The notes under the pieces: generated by a model | The model's database searches: none | Told to the model about the DNA's origin: nothing | Seen by the model: only the letters and a program-made list of their open reading frames with translations | Made by a program: the position numbers and the translations under genes | NCBI RefSeq assembly: GCF_003918875.1 | Contig: NW_025766002.1 | Coordinates: 7,936,001 to 8,000,000, forward strand | Origin: Haliotis rubra | Lineage: Eukaryota | DNA length: 64,000 bases | Direction: 5' to 3' | Part shown: piece after piece, positions 26,241-41,200 of the stretch | Position numbering within the stretch: the stretch's first letter is position 1 | How the letters are laid out: every line of letters starts with the position of its first letter

Positions 26241-29200
26241 TGTAGACTGACCTAATGATAAACAGTAGGAGTCACCTATTAGCTATACTGACGGTGCATA
26301 ATGCAATGATTTAGTCTGTACTGGCATACTTCTCATGAACAAGTTACAGAGTTTGAAATAATAATGCTATAGTTTTTGTGCCAAGCCTTTTAGTTGGGTG
26401 TTCTTTATCTTCTTAGCCTAGTGGTTAAAGCGTTCGCTCGTCACGCGGATCGCGAACCGATTTCGATTCCCCATTGGGTACCATGCGTGCAGCCCCATTC
26501 TGAAGTCCCCCATCGGGATACTGCTGGAATATGGCTGAAAACTCACTACTTTAGTTGTATACTAGTACACACTTGGAGAGAATTGCAATAAAACATCGCC
26601 TTTCGTAAATGCCAGCAAATGTGTGTTTTGGTTTTTTTATGATTGATTACTGCTAGATGATAATGTTCCTTTTCATAATTGTCACCATAATTGCTTTCAG
26701 AGTTGCCATTTTATATTACTGTGATGCAACGCCATGTTTCGTAACTGTTTCTCTGTATTGTATACAACGGAGTTAAAAATTAACTTGACGGTTTCACTTT
26801 CAACAAAATCAGAAAAACACGCTGTCGCTGAAGTGTCTGGTAAGTCACTGAACTTAACGGTACAGAAAGGCCGCCATCATCGTACAGCAGGAGTATTGCT
26901 GAATGGCGTTAGACAGCGATAACTACACAGTGACAAATAGTATTGATATGAAACGAGTAACAGTGCTAAGTTGCTGTGAAATTTCTTGTGCGTGGCCATT
27001 AATGTCAAAGGGCACGACGATCATTTGGAGGATTTCAAAGAAGATGCACAAAGTTTTCAGACGGTTGACGATTAAGGAAAAATTACCGAAATAAACTGAC
27101 TTGGGAGATGATTCATCTTATGTGTAATGTCACCACGTGGACGTCATTCGAGCATGGTTCAGACTACATACAGTTGCATTCGCACTTTGAAGCTCACTTA
27201 GAAGAAAGGAGCCTCAGGGTTTAACGTTTTGTTGCCAGTTCATACAAAATCCAACGGTACTGCGTAAAGATTTGTGACACTGCCTTCATCACTTTGAGGT
27301 GCTTGTCGGTTTTTCAGGCATAAGTGCACGACATTACGACTTAAAACTTAGACAATATGAATCAGTACATGTTGTTAAAATATTTTTGTTACTAATCTTT
27401 AACACAGAATATATATTTGAGTCCTATCCTATGGGATATAAGTAATGGTCATGCTTAACTTAAAACAAGTGAGAAAAAGACTTGGTCATTTCTGATAAAT
27501 TGTAAATATGGCCTTTAGGTCAGAACAAAATTTGTTAAACTTTTGAGAAAAAGTGAAACTGTTGTTTGCCATAGTTAAGTTGAGACGTATAGACTATATA
27601 GTCAGGTGGAATGTGAAGGTTCATCGACCAAGTTAGTTATTGCTATGTGTTATTTAACGCTGCACTGAACAATATTCCAGTTGTATGGAGGCGGTCTGTA
27701 CATAATCGAGTCTGGACCATATAATCCAGTGATTCACATCATGGGCATCGATCTATGCAGTTAGGATACGACGATATGTGTCAACCAAGACATCAAGCCT
27801 GACCAACTGATCCCGTTAGTCACCACTTATGCACCGGATCTTCTCGAGGTTTCAAAAGCAGTCAACAAAAGAATAATATATATTTTTCAAACAGGAATGT
27901 CAACCCCTCTTCGTTGTCCTCTACATCATGGGATACATATTCGTCTCCCAGCCATGGTTTCTGAAGACTTCCAGATTGCCATCTGTAATTGCTTGATTCA
28001 CTTCTACCTTTGAAACTAGCCAGGATCAGAGTTGTATTAACTGTGCCATCTTAATGTGGGAAGGCAGTCGTGCGTGAGGATACCATTTGAACATAATCAC
28101 AAAAATCGGGATTCGGACAACGATCATTTGTTTCGCGCATTTTAAAAGGATACACAGTCCCCGTAGTGGATTGGATAGACTGTACTCAGGGCTGTATCCA
28201 GACTTGTTCACAAACAAATATCCGGGGCCAAGTCTGCAGCTAATGTCACCCACAATTCCCATTAGAATAAATATTTTCCATATTTTCCAGAAATACGAGA
28301 TCTAAAAACAAAATCACTATTCTGAACAATATCACCATTTTTTTCCAAATCCCAGATAAACCGAAAATTTCATTGCAAAAATGCGAGAAACTAGTTTGGT
28401 TTGTTTTGTGTTTGTTACTTCAAAACATATCGTGATCACCATTTGATTGTTTGTTTATTTGTTGTTTACGGCTGCACTGAGCAATATTCCAGCTATATTG
28501 CGGAGTCTGTAAACAATCGAGTCTGGGCCAGACAATCCAGTGATCAACAGCATGAGCATGGATTTACGCAATTGGGATACTATGACATGTGTCAATCAAG
28601 TCAGCGAGCCTGACCACCCGGTCCCGTTAGTCGCCTCTTAGCATGGGTTGCTGAAGACCAATTCTAACGCGCATTTCCACGCAGATCCTGATCTGATTGA
28701 ATTATTCAAACTGTGATCCGTAACAATAACTGAATCACAATAATTTGTCTCCTGAAAGTACACCATCTTTATAATGTGCAACACTTTGAAAGCTTTCCGT
28801 GATTCTTTTGGATAATCATAAATAGTTTCACTGCGAGTGAAAAAGTTAAGGTACCTTAACTAAACAAGAGTAATATTCGCAAGATTGGCAAAAAAGTCCA
28901 ATATGGTTTCCCAAACTAATCATGGAATAAAACATAATTCAATTTCGTGTAATCTCTCATTCTGCACAGTTCCTGAACATGGTTTGAAAATAACTCTCGG
29001 CAGACCAGTCTCAGACAATAAAGACGGATAACAAAATTAATCTTACTGAAAGCTGATTCATCAAATTAGAGAGAGTGGGTGTTGGCTAGAATAATGGATA
29101 ACATTGTTGTTAGCGCTCCGCTATTTTATAGGTCATCGATCTTTGGATTTAGAATACGTCGGAATGCATCCGTATAGTTCGACGGCAGCGTGCACTTTAA

Positions 29201-29546
29201 AATAATACGGAATATGTTTATGCTCACATTATTGTCAATCGCTGGATTGTCTGACCCAGACTAGGAGTAATTGCAGACCGCCGTTATATAGATGGAATAT
29301 CGTCGACATTTGGTGTAAATCGATAAACAAGCTTAACTGAATTGCAAAGAGCCTGTTTCTAATACTATTGAAAATAAGTGGAGTTTCTTCCGATTTTCGT
29401 ATATGTGAGTAGATAACGACGTACGTCCACTTGTGGTAACAATCAATTGAAACTATCAAGTAAACTACAGTTATCTGAGGACAACGTAGCGCTCTTAACT
29501 ATTCTCTTCCTTTTTGTTTTGTTTTGATTATCTTGTCTTTAATAAA

Positions 29547-29834
29547 NNNNNNNNNNNNNNNNNNNNNNNNNNNNNNNNNNNNNNNNNNNNNNNNNNNNNN
29601 NNNNNNNNNNNNNNNNNNNNNNNNNNNNNNNNNNNNNNNNNNNNNNNNNNNNNNNNNNNNNNNNNNNNNNNNNNNNNNNNNNNNNNNNNNNNNNNNNNNN
29701 NNNNNNNNNNNNNNNNNNNNNNNNNNNNNNNNNNNNNNNNNNNNNNNNNNNNNNNNNNNNNNNNNNNNNNNNNNNNNNNNNNNNNNNNNNNNNNNNNNNN
29801 NNNNNNNNNNNNNNNNNNNNNNNNNNNNNNNNNN
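29547..29834. other. Assembly gap (288 N)
   Basis: Run of n characters. Confidence 1.
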
Positions 29835-30606
29835 AATACTTATATTTAGGAACCCGCAAAATAATGACACAACTTGTTTTGTAACAGTCCCTGAGCAGAG
29901 AATTTCATGTATATGTTTGTTTGTGACTTTGAGCATATCGATCTTCGTTCTTCATACTCAAATAACCAAGTTTCCTCAAAACAGTTCGACATAAGCGTGT
30001 TCGTTACAGACATAGTTTATTGCTGTATGAAGATACTTTGTGTCAGCACTTGTCTGTGTTGGGTTTTCAGCAGGACGGTTGCTCTGAGTTATGGCGAGCT
30101 GTTTTAAATCACGCTGGCGATGAAATGTTTTATGGAATCAAAAAACGGGGTCGCATTCTGTCACACCTCGCTTGAGGCTTTATGATGTTTTTGTAGAACT
30201 TTCGACAGTTTATGTTGATTTAGTTGAACACGAAGAAATGAAGAAGAGCTGAGGAAATCTACGATGGTTAAAAATGAAGGTTATTCCTTCAGATATTGAT
30301 GGAAGCTGTAGGTTAAGAAGATATATTGGAAGCCTAAATGAGGAAATGGTAGTGAACTGAGGCACAATAATGAAGACACAAACTCATCCATCATTTTGTT
30401 CCGATTTTTTATTCCCAGGATATATTTTACGATTTATGATGAAAATCGCTGTGTTTGGTTATTATATACACACAGTCCCAGACTCGTAATAAGAATAGAA
30501 GTTGTCACAGTGATAGTTACTCTACTGAGTACAAAGTTCATTGCTTGAAGGTCTATTTTCAGATTTGTTTACCATCACAACTGTACAGCAAATGAAAACA
30601 GAAAAC

Positions 30607-30999
30607 ATGCCATGACTGACAGCAGCTCACCGCAACAACGACATCGGCCGCTGTAGACAGACGACCCGGCTGCTGCCGATGCCCGGTTTTTCCCCATATC
30701 GCAAGGGGGCGACACATGAATAACCTGGAACCATTGCACCACGTGTCACCACTGCAGCTGCCGGACAGGTTCCAACAAGTTCGTCACTTAGGTCACCTCA
30801 ACAGTTTCAGCATTACCAGGATTGCATATTAAGGTTTCAACCGAGACAGCGAGGAACCGTCTGTGGGCCGCAGGTATTCGCCAGAGACGACCAGTTCTGA
30901 CTGATCAGCGTCGTCAGCTGGGACGTCAGTGGCATCGTGGACACAGAGTATGACCACAGCGGCGATGGAGACGCGTTTGGTTTAGTGATGAGTCACGGG
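30607..30999 (+). pseudogene. Decayed Tc1-like transposase fragment (second family)
   Basis: Broken frames give MP*LTAAHRNN.IG, PRVTT, VSTETARNRLWAAGIRQRRPVLT..., WRRVWFSDESR. Confidence 0.8.
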
Positions 31000-31015
31000 G
31001 TATAACATAACATCT

Positions 31016-31018
<3 letters not shown>

Positions 31019-31068
<50 letters not shown>
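31019..31068. repeat. (GT)n microsatellite
   Basis: Direct inspection. Others: (GAT)n 38900-38953, (AT)n 48993-49048 and 58797-58851. Confidence 0.98.
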
Positions 31069-31070
<2 letters not shown>

Positions 31071-32265
31071 CCAATCCTTCTCCCAAATTGATACATGGAT
31101 CAACCGGGCCATAATTGAGATGCTCTTCAAAGCATACAATTCATACAACACGACCCGTGAAGATCCAGGTTAGAATTGGTCTTCAGTAACCCAGGCTTGT
31201 CGGCGACTAACGGGATTGGGTGGTCAGGCTCGCTGACTTGATTGACACATATCATTTACTCCCAATTGCGTAGATTCATGCTCATGCTGTTGATCACTGG
31301 ATTGTCCGGTCCAGACTCGATTGTTTACAAACCGCCGCCATATAGCTGGAATATTGCTGAGTGCTGCTTTAAACAACAAACCAACCACATCATGCAACAC
31401 CCTCTGATCATGTACTGTGTAGTGTGATAATAAGCTGGGCTTTTGGCACCAGTTAGTAGGAAACTCCAACATCCATAGATGTGATGCTTAGCACAGACAG
31501 GGGCGGTGGGGTAGCCTAGTTGTTAAAGCGTTCGCTCGTCACGCCGAAGACCCGGGTTCGATTCCCCACATGGGTACAATGTGTGAAGCCCATTTCTGGT
31601 GTCCCCGCCGTAATATTGCTGGAATATTGCTAAAAAGCGGCGTAAAACCATACTCACTCACTCACTTAGCACAAACACTTACACAAAACGTAAGATACGG
31701 TGACATATACTGGTGACGAGTTTCAGTTATGATACCATCCCTTCCTTGGACCTCAGGAGGTAGTGAACAGCTACCAGCCAAGAGGAATCTGGACCACAAT
31801 CGATGATGTGTCTCAAAAGAGTGCAGAGTAATACTGATATATACGACAGGAGGACCAAGGAAGTTAAGTGAAGGGAATTGATAAGTTGCATTCCTCTGTC
31901 AAAAATCGAATGAAGATTAAGATGGTAAATCTCCTGTAACCCACCACCCACCAGGGCTTTTCAGGAACTATTACCGCCGGTTGTCGGAAGTAATTTGGTT
32001 CTGCGTCTCCCGTGTGTAAAATAAAGATTTAAATGCCTTCTCAAGTGGATCTGTTCTGTGCAGGAAAATGTATGGATTTTATGGAAAGCGTAGCCTAATG
32101 TCCCTCGTCAGATATAAGGTGTCAGACCCATGAAATTCACATCAGTGGGCCAACATAATAGTAATAGTAATACAACGATGGTACGATTATTAACATGAAA
32201 TGTACATGTTTTACATTACCTTTACGGGAGTTTAACATTATCAATCCATAACCAAATACGTTTAA

Positions 32266-32615
32266 CCGCCTCCGTGGTGTAGTGGTTAGAGCGTCCGCCC
32301 GGAGAACGGAAGGTCGCGGGTTCGATCCCCGACCGCGTCATACCAAAAAAACGTTAAAATATGGTACTTGCTGGTCCTTGCCTGGCGCTCGGCATTAATG
32401 GGTATAACAAGGACTGGTCGGCACGGAGTCAGTATAATGTGTCTGAGTGGGGTATTCATGACTCATGATATCTCAGTGGGCTAGCACTATAAAACCAGCT
32501 TCAGTCTGGGCTAGTACAAGCAGCCGCACATACACATACACACGCATACACGTCATCATATGAGCGAAATATTCTCAAGCACGACGTAAAACCCAATTTC
32601 ATCTCACCTTACCTC
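32266..32615 (+). mobile_element. tRNA-derived SINE family C (about 350 bp; central domain resembles the MetaSINE domain from memory)
   Basis: A-box tggtgtagtgg, B-box ggttcgatccc, gtcataccaaaa...tatggtacttg domain, 15-bp TSD accaaatacgYttaa. Confidence 0.88.
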
Positions 32616-34539
32616 ACCAAATACGCTTAAAGGATTTGATTGAACAAATCAATGATATTGATATTGCCGTGATATTGCTAGAACATTGCTAAAAGCTTTG
32701 TAAAACCATACTCACCGCTCACTCTAAACGACATAAACTCACTCTGAATCACATAAACGATGTAAGACTTCAGAGCAAAACATTTCTGGCGTCTTAATCA
32801 AATATAAGCAAACGACATTGCCATAATCATAAGACATCATTTCTGACAGCAAGGTCCATTGTACTACATCATGAGTAAAGTGAAGAAAGCTGGCGTTCAC
32901 GAAATGCATAGAGGTTCCTCTTTCATCGGTCTCATCGGAAACACATGCAAGTCAAAATAGGGAAATGCTTCGAATGGTTTTTGTCACCGATACCCACGTT
33001 TGGAAACTTCCGCCTCAGTTTTACCATACAAACAATTTGGAAGCTTTAAAGTGATTACTTAACTCTACTAAACCGATCACATTTACCCTCCGATTTACAT
33101 GATATAATACATTTCGATCATACTGTATGCTGCCTTTTAATTTATTTAAGATAGTTTAACTGCGCTGAGAGAAAATTATTATGTGCGTATGTAAAGTCTT
33201 ACTATCATCTTATGAGTCTGCAGAGACCACTAAACAGGTCACTGCCAGTAGAACAATAGCAGCTCTTTTTTCACGTACTCAAGCAAATGAGCCAAATTGT
33301 AAATAATAGCACCGTTCTTACCTACGTCTGAGAGCAATTACGCATCTCAGTGGAAACCATGGACCTCGGTGACACAATCAAGATGAACAGGGGAGGAATT
33401 AACCTCGCCAGGATGATTTAAGTAATTGCGTGCACAACTTTGGGGAGTGTCTATGTCGTAATTATACAAGTACAAGCGACAAAACCCTCCCCACGTACGC
33501 AAGAAATGTCTTCCAAAATCAGAGCTGATCGCACGTCTTCGACCACGCCACGCGCATGCCCACAAAGGAAAGAATTGCTGTGATGTCGTGTGTAGGAGGA
33601 CTAGATCCTTGTAAAACATGCTTGTTGTTAAAGGGGATTTAATGGATTCAATGGTGGCGGTTGACGTGTGTTTGGGCCAGACTCTATTATTTGCAGGCCG
33701 ACGTCAGTCTAATACAAATGAGACCATTATCTTCGGTAGCATACCTCCTTTGGTGAAGATCGGACCATCCTCAGTGGTCCATGCTAGATGAACCCTGAAT
33801 GTTCGTTCAATTTGAATGGCGGACGAGTCGGATCTTGAGCCAAATTTTTCCATCTATATACAACGATTGGCTTTATTTCTGCTTCGAAATGTCGAAAGAT
33901 GACGATTCCCACGATATCGAAACTTTGGCACCGACACAAACACATATGCAAAGGCACGCCAACCGTCTGAACATCACCAAGAAACGTCAAAACGAAATTT
34001 GTTACAAGTCAAAATATGGAACTGAATTAAGCACTGATGAGTCATATTTAGAAATGTCCTATACATGTCCTCCTTCAACATTTTGAGAGATGTACTGGAG
34101 CCTTAAATGTTGTAAACAGGGTAATAAATACACATATATTCCTTTCGTTGTATTCATGGTAATGGTTAGTTCCATGACGCTCAGAAACGACAAAATCTCT
34201 AAATATCCAAATCCATTTGCTTATGAATATACAGCGTCATGGTATATACCTGTATGCATTAAGCATTTGTTTTAACAGTAGTTTATTAGTTTAACAGTAG
34301 TTTATCTTCATCATTATGTAATAATGTATGTGTCAAGTAAAGATATAGAAGATTTTCTTCAGATGGAGTGACAAAAAACGCACGTCTCCAGCATAGATGT
34401 ATGCAGCAACATTCAACTGTGTTTTACATATCTACCTTAAGAACTATTGCAATAAAGAAAATGACAATCCATAGAATTTGGTTTTCCTTTACCTCAAGAA
34501 CTGTGTCACATATAACTTTCCAGCAAATATTTGTATTAT

Positions 34540-35075
34540 AAGATGTTTAAATGTACTTTTGACGCAGTAATTTATCTTTCATGTGTAAACGTAAAAAAAG
34601 TATAGAATAGCGTTAAGTAGACTGAGGTGTTCATCACATGATATATTTATCGAAAGTGGACGATTTGAAAATGTCAAAAAAGAAAATAGAACTTGCAAAC
34701 TGTGTGATCTTAATCAAATAGAAGATGAATATCATTTTCTTTTTATTTGCCCTGCTTATAATTCCCGGAGAAAGATGTATATTAAAAAATATTATTTTGT
34801 CCATCCAAACCTTTATACATTCTCAGCATTATTAAAGAACAAAACCATACAATACTTCAAAACTGGTCCATGTGTCCTTACTATGTCATGTTGTTTAGAA
34901 CAGAATATATCGAACACAATCATAGAACAGAACACAATCTAAGCTGGTTTTCCCCTTCTCTTCTGTTAGTTTCTCTTCTTGATGTATATTACATGTGCGT
35001 GTAAATACTGTTTTGTGAGTTTATTGTAGTACAGGCCTGTGGCCTTTCAGTGCCGGAAATAAAGAGAGACAAGGA
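34540..35075 (+). mobile_element. 5'-truncated LINE fragment (C-terminal zinc-knuckle region, RTE-X/CR1-group-like)
   Basis: ALSRLRCSSHDIFIESGRF / ENRTCKLCDLNQIEDEYHFLFICPAYNSRRKMYI followed by a 3' UTR with AATAAA and a short-repeat tail. Confidence 0.8.
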
Positions 35076-37826
35076 GACAAGAGATGTCTTGTTGGATGTT
35101 TCACCTATGTTGCGATTGTGTTTATCAGTTAAACGAAGTACATATTTGTTCATGTTTCGTTTTCGCTGTGTATAACTTTGTCACACTACTGACGAAACTG
35201 TCCAGACAACGTAAACTATTGCTGAAGCCGATGTAAAGACAACTAAGAGGAGTTGTTAGTAGGCAGAATTGTTTGTTTGTTTATTTGTGACGGCGGTCTG
35301 TAAATAGTCGAGTCCAGACCGTACAATTCAGTGATCAACATCATGAACATCGATATACACATACTGATACGTTGACATGTGCCAACCAAGTCAGTGAGCC
35401 TGACCACCCGATCCCGTTAGTCGCCACTTACCACAAGCAAGGGTTGCTGAAGACCAGTTTTAACTCGGATGTTCACGGGGGTCTTACATCGGGAGATTTG
35501 TTCTCACAGAAAGCTTATACATAGTTCGGGGTTATATGTTAATTTGTAAAGTTCTAATCCTCCATCTGTTGGCACGAACGTAACTGGGATGATGGTTCAT
35601 ACCAGTAAGTTACGGTTCTTAATCCTCCATCTGTGGTGGCTGACTTGGTTGAACGTATCATGTACTGATCACTGGATGACAGAGACTGTAATATTGCTGG
35701 GTGCCGTTCACTACCATACCAGCGGGGTAGAACGGAATGAAAATTTGTTATTTCCAAATTTCGTCGACTCAGTTTCTTTGTTTGTGAAAATGTTCTATTC
35801 TCAATATAAACCTTAGATGCAATTCCCCCCAGATCTGTGTTTCAAATGTGATTATTAGCGTCTTGATATTGACTCCCTTTATATCACCCCACTCAAATAA
35901 CAGTGCCGATCTATATTTATGCTGTCTAAAATAGTATTATATCTACATGCTGTAATCGTTTACTCAATGATGACGCCTAAAGTTTTAAAATATAAATCTT
36001 GTGTTAATCAACGTCTAAGGAAATGGCAAAGGTTACACATATCTACTCCATCAAGAGCACATTGACCCAGACGGAAGTATATTACGAACATAAATCAAGC
36101 AGTGTTTCGATGCAAGAACTGACGTTAATCATAACCAAGCAATGCTGACGTCTTATGGTGGCTTCAATGTCATTTTTCATTGCCGTTTAAGGTATACCCT
36201 GTCAGATCGCATTGCGAAATTATATAGCGAAATATGAAGAAAGAAAGGAATTTTATGTATTGATACTTCAGACAATTATATCGTATTTTTGGATCACTCA
36301 CATTCATGACTTAGGTCTTTATCCACAGTTCTTTTTTACTGAGCACTTACCAAGCTTTTTGCAGGAAACGTATCACAAAATGTAATGGATATTTTCTGAC
36401 ATTCAATGTTGGGCCTAATGACAGCTTCAAGCCCGTTAAACTTAACAGGAACGGGAATATTTAAGGTTCAGAAATGAATCAGAGTCACGTTATTACATAG
36501 GACAGCAGAGGCTTCCGCAATGGTACTGTGGTTATAACTCTTTTGGCGGGAAACCCGGGGTCCTAACTACGTCCTTCCTGAATTAACCAGTATATTGACT
36601 ATTTAGCTCAGATGCACATGGTTGCTGATCAACTAGAATGTCCTGTTTTGAGCTTTATAACACATAATACAATTTCTGTGAATCAAAAGGTTGGGGGAAG
36701 GGGACAATAGTTGAAGCACCTTTGCTTGCATTGCTGTTAGAGATTGTTCTAAGGTTCCCGATTTAAAAAAAAATTCAGCTTTAGTTGGGGATGAGGGAGA
36801 TTCAATGATTCCATTTAAAAACCATTACAGTAATAATACGAGTCACTGAATGTGGGCTGGAAGCCCGAGGGAACACGGATTGTGAAACGAACGTCACTTC
36901 ACTTTGAGCACGCCTGTCGCGTTTCTCACGGTTGTCACGTTGGTGTGCATCTGATGTAATACAGACTGAACTCACACAACGTTAGCGTGGAACAGTATAG
37001 TCAGCAACACCAATAGTAACTAGTCAGTATTGAAGAACCTGTCACTTATTACGGGTTATTTGTGGAATCGGAGCGAATCAAGGGAGGGTGACCACAAATA
37101 GGACAGCTTGTAGACGCAGCGATAAAAATCAATAGAAGAAATAGACATTCTATAATGAAATATAAAGTGACGTTTATGAGACAAAAGTAGAAGAACATGG
37201 GGAGGGTCATTGAGAAACACAACAAGTATTGGGGGGAGGGGGGAGTGTTTGTGTGGGGATGGTGGTGTATTTTCTGTATGCATCTGCATCAGATATCTCT
37301 GGATCATCACCGTCAAATCCATCACCCTGTAATGAAGAACTGATTCCTATGTACAAGGTGGGTATGAAATCGTAACAGGGAGCCAGCCTGAATACTTCAA
37401 CCGAATCAGTTCAAACCACCATTTGCAAAACAGGCTGAATCTCACCTGAACAGCGACTCCGATAATTTTGTTTGTTTGTTTGTTAGATCAATATTCCAGC
37501 CACTTGACGGTCTGTAAATAATCGATCCCGTTAGTCGTCTATTACGACAAGCATGCGTTACTGAAGACAAAGTCTAACCCGGATCTTCACGGATCGTCTC
37601 CGATCTTTGGATCTCCGGATCAAACTGTGACCTGGCTTTGGAGAATCTCCTTGAGGAAATACAGTTTAAGCTGAATGAACATCAAGCTGTGACTTCAGAG
37701 TGGTTAGCATTTCTGCTGACATGAGTTGCTTATGCAGTGGTCGCCTTTAAGACATGTTCTTATGCACGTCACTGGCCCAGGCATCTATCTACTTATACCC
37801 CTGGAAGATAACAAAAAGGGACATTA

Positions 37827-38813
37827 AGGTCACATGTAACGTAAAACACAACTTTGCAGATTCTGATACCTTTCGGTATGGACTTACCGAAACAAATAAA
37901 GTTGAAAAATAACGCGATGAAAAAACCCGCGCGAAATCGTAGTTCAAACGATTTACTAACTTTCCCCCAGCGTTTGGGGGAATTGAAGTGGTTTCAACAG
38001 CTGGGCTGCGCTCTATAGCACATGCGCAGTGAAATAGGTTCGCGGAGTTTGGGAAGCGGGTTGCAGTGAATATTCGGTCTTGCGTGAGCTTTACAGACAT
38101 ATGTTATTACAGTAGATTACCTATAAGGCATTTACATATTTCACCACGTTCTTCTTACAGAGTCACTTTCTCAGTTCGAAACTTAAAAGCAATGTCATTA
38201 TTTAGCGTCGACAGAATTTCTAACTGTGATATAGATATGTCGTTGTCACAGACATAACTCAATGTCTGTTTTATTGGCAGGTGTCTGCCTGCCCGTCTTA
38301 ATGACATATTCACACAATTTCAATCACTGACCACATGCATCTATTGAACTTAACACCTATCTGGCTAAACATCATAAAAACAAAACGCATGATTTATGGC
38401 CCGAGATCGATCTCTGTCATGATTCTGTAATTACACAGATGATGCAGATGTGATATGTTGTACACATGACATGTTATGATGTCTGTTGATTGCAAAATGT
38501 TAAGACAAAAATGAGCATACATGCACAAAACCCAACCAGGCTATATATATACACACAATGAGCCGTGAGGGCTTCTGCAAACGAACCACGTTACACTTGA
38601 GTTCACACCCACCCGCTCTGACTGGGTTGGTATCCCGGCTGCTTCTGGACTTCGGAAGTTAACCGAAGACGAATATTGCACTTTTTGATTTGCGATTATA
38701 TACGCGCATAATTTTGTTTTTATGATTTTCATAACCAGCAATGTATATTATGATGTCATGAATAAGTGATAATTGTGTTTTAATTATGTTTGATTTTTTG
38801 TTGCATGTTACCT
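37827..38813. mobile_element. Kolobok-like non-autonomous DNA transposon, copy 1 (more diverged)
   Basis: Colinear with 49814-50861; termini aggtcacatgtaac...gttgcatgttacct next to TTAA. Confidence 0.85.
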
Positions 38814-38899
38814 TTTAAACATTTCACATGCAAAGTAGAGTGAGTGAGTGACACATAAAAGTAGAAAGGGTGGTCACTGAATCTGGACATCGTCACAAC

Positions 38900-38954
<55 letters not shown>

Positions 38955-40739
38955 GAACAAAAGATCACAATAGTGGTGGTGGGTGGTGATGGTGGTGATT
39001 AAACAAAAGATCACAATAGGGCTGATCCACAGCAACCCATGCTTGCCACAAAAGGCGACTATGCTTGTCGTAAGAGGCGACTAACGGGATCGGGTGGTCA
39101 GGCTCGCTGACTTGGTTGACACGTCATTGGTTCCCAATTGCGCAGATCGATGCTCATCATGCTGTTGATCACTGGATTGTCTGGTCCAGATTCGATTATT
39201 TACAGACCGCCGCCATATAGCTGGAATATTGCTGAGTGCGGCGTAAAACTAAACTCACTCACTCACTCAAATCCATGAAGAGCGGATTTTGGAAGCTTAG
39301 CCGTTCCTACGTTTTTTTATTGAAAAAGTGGAGATGCTAAATAAACTCTATTTATAATGGCTCGTTGATGATATGGGTACATATGATAAGTACAATTGCA
39401 TGTTGTTGGTACATGTATTGAAAAGGTGGACCGGGTGGTGTTTAGCGTAATCCGGTATGCCAAAGTCGGATTAATGTTTGAAACATTGGCGTTTTTGTCA
39501 TTGAAAAGATTTCAAATTTCGCCATACTTAACCATAATTATCAAGGCAGTTATTGGTTGTTTCGTTTGCCGTCTATTTCTACGATATCCTATCTGTCACG
39601 TGTTTCTCTGGACCTGATGTAAGATTCGATACGTACCAACAACAGGTATTTAGTTGTGTAGTTATGTAGAAGGTATTGCTGACTGCGGCCGACTTCAATA
39701 TTCATCTCGTGTTCACGAAGCGTCCTTTTGCTTTCAGTAAATGCTACCGGGTTTGGCACAGAATGATTGCCTCGGTCATTTATCAAACAAGCTGTTTATC
39801 ACTAATAGAAGACACCTACTGCCTGTGCTGAATATACATCTGTTAAGTTCCATTTACGTACTGCATATCTGAGGACAACCAAATCACTTTTGAGCAGATA
39901 GTCACCATGTGATAACACGAACAGTCATCTGTCTTCCTTACCACATTGATCAGTGAGCTAAAATGGCTTTACGCCGCTTTTACAAATATTCCAGCTATAT
40001 CAAAGTCGGGAATATTAGAAAGGGTTTCACTCTTTGTACCGATATGGGGAATCGAACTCGGGTCTTCAGCGTGACGGGCGAAGGTTTTAACCATTAGGCT
40101 ACCCCACTGATGTTATAACGTGAAAGCCAGTTTTATTTGGTTCGTCGTTTACACACCGAACATCTCAACATTACAAAATGATGACGGTTTGTATAACGGA
40201 CCAGTGATCAATATACAGAGCATCGTTCAATGGTCTCAAGTCTCGGGCCTATCCACAGGTATGATGTGACGATGGCCCTCGTAGTAAGAGTGAGTGAGTA
40301 TGGTTTTACGCCGCTTTTAGCAATATTCCAGCAATATCACGGCCGGGTAGCATCAGAAATGGGCTTCACACATTGTACCTATGTAGGGAATCGAGACCCG
40401 GGTTCGATTCCCACATGGGTACAATGTGAAGCCCATTTCTTCTCTCCCTGCCGTGATATTGCTGAATATTGCTAAATGCGACGTATCCAAACCATACTCA
40501 CTCACTCACTGTGATGCCCGTATCAAAGGTATCTCCATCGAGTACTGTTTCTTTGTTGTTTTTCATATTTTCATCGTTGGTGTATGTTTTCTTCTACCGG
40601 GCAGTTAAGTACAGATCGCAGCTTTGTATAATTAAGGCCAAATAGTTTCCTGGATGGGATGGGATTGACCTTTACGGAACAAAAGTAATCCAGCACAGTG
40701 CCCCAATGACTGAGTGATTTGTTTTAACGCCTCTTTGAC

Positions 40740-41200
40740 ACGTATTATTTTATCACAGTATTATTTTATCACAGTACTATTCTATCACAGTATCATTTTA
40801 TCACAGTACTATCACAGCATTATTCTATCACGGTATTATTCTATCACAGTATCATTCTATCACAGAATTATTTTGTTACAGTATTATTTCATTAGAGATT
40901 ATTATTCTACCACAGTATTATTTTATTGCAGTATTATTTCATTACATTATTATTCTACCACAGTATTATTTTATCACAGTATTATGTTATTACAGTATTA
41001 TTTCTATTACGTTATTAATCTACCACAATATTATTCTATCACAGTATTATTCTACCACAGTGCATTATTGTATTACAGTATTATTTCATTACATTATTCT
41101 ACCACAGTATTATTCTACCACAGTATTATTCTATCACAGTATTATTATACCACAGTATTATTCTGTCACAGTATTATTCTATCACAGTATTATTATAATA
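40740..41200. repeat. Degenerate 16-bp minisatellite
   Basis: Unit about cacagtattattctat. Confidence 0.9.

Noticed and set aside
29499-29994. ORFs spanning the N run
   Set aside because: Open only because of the assembly gap.
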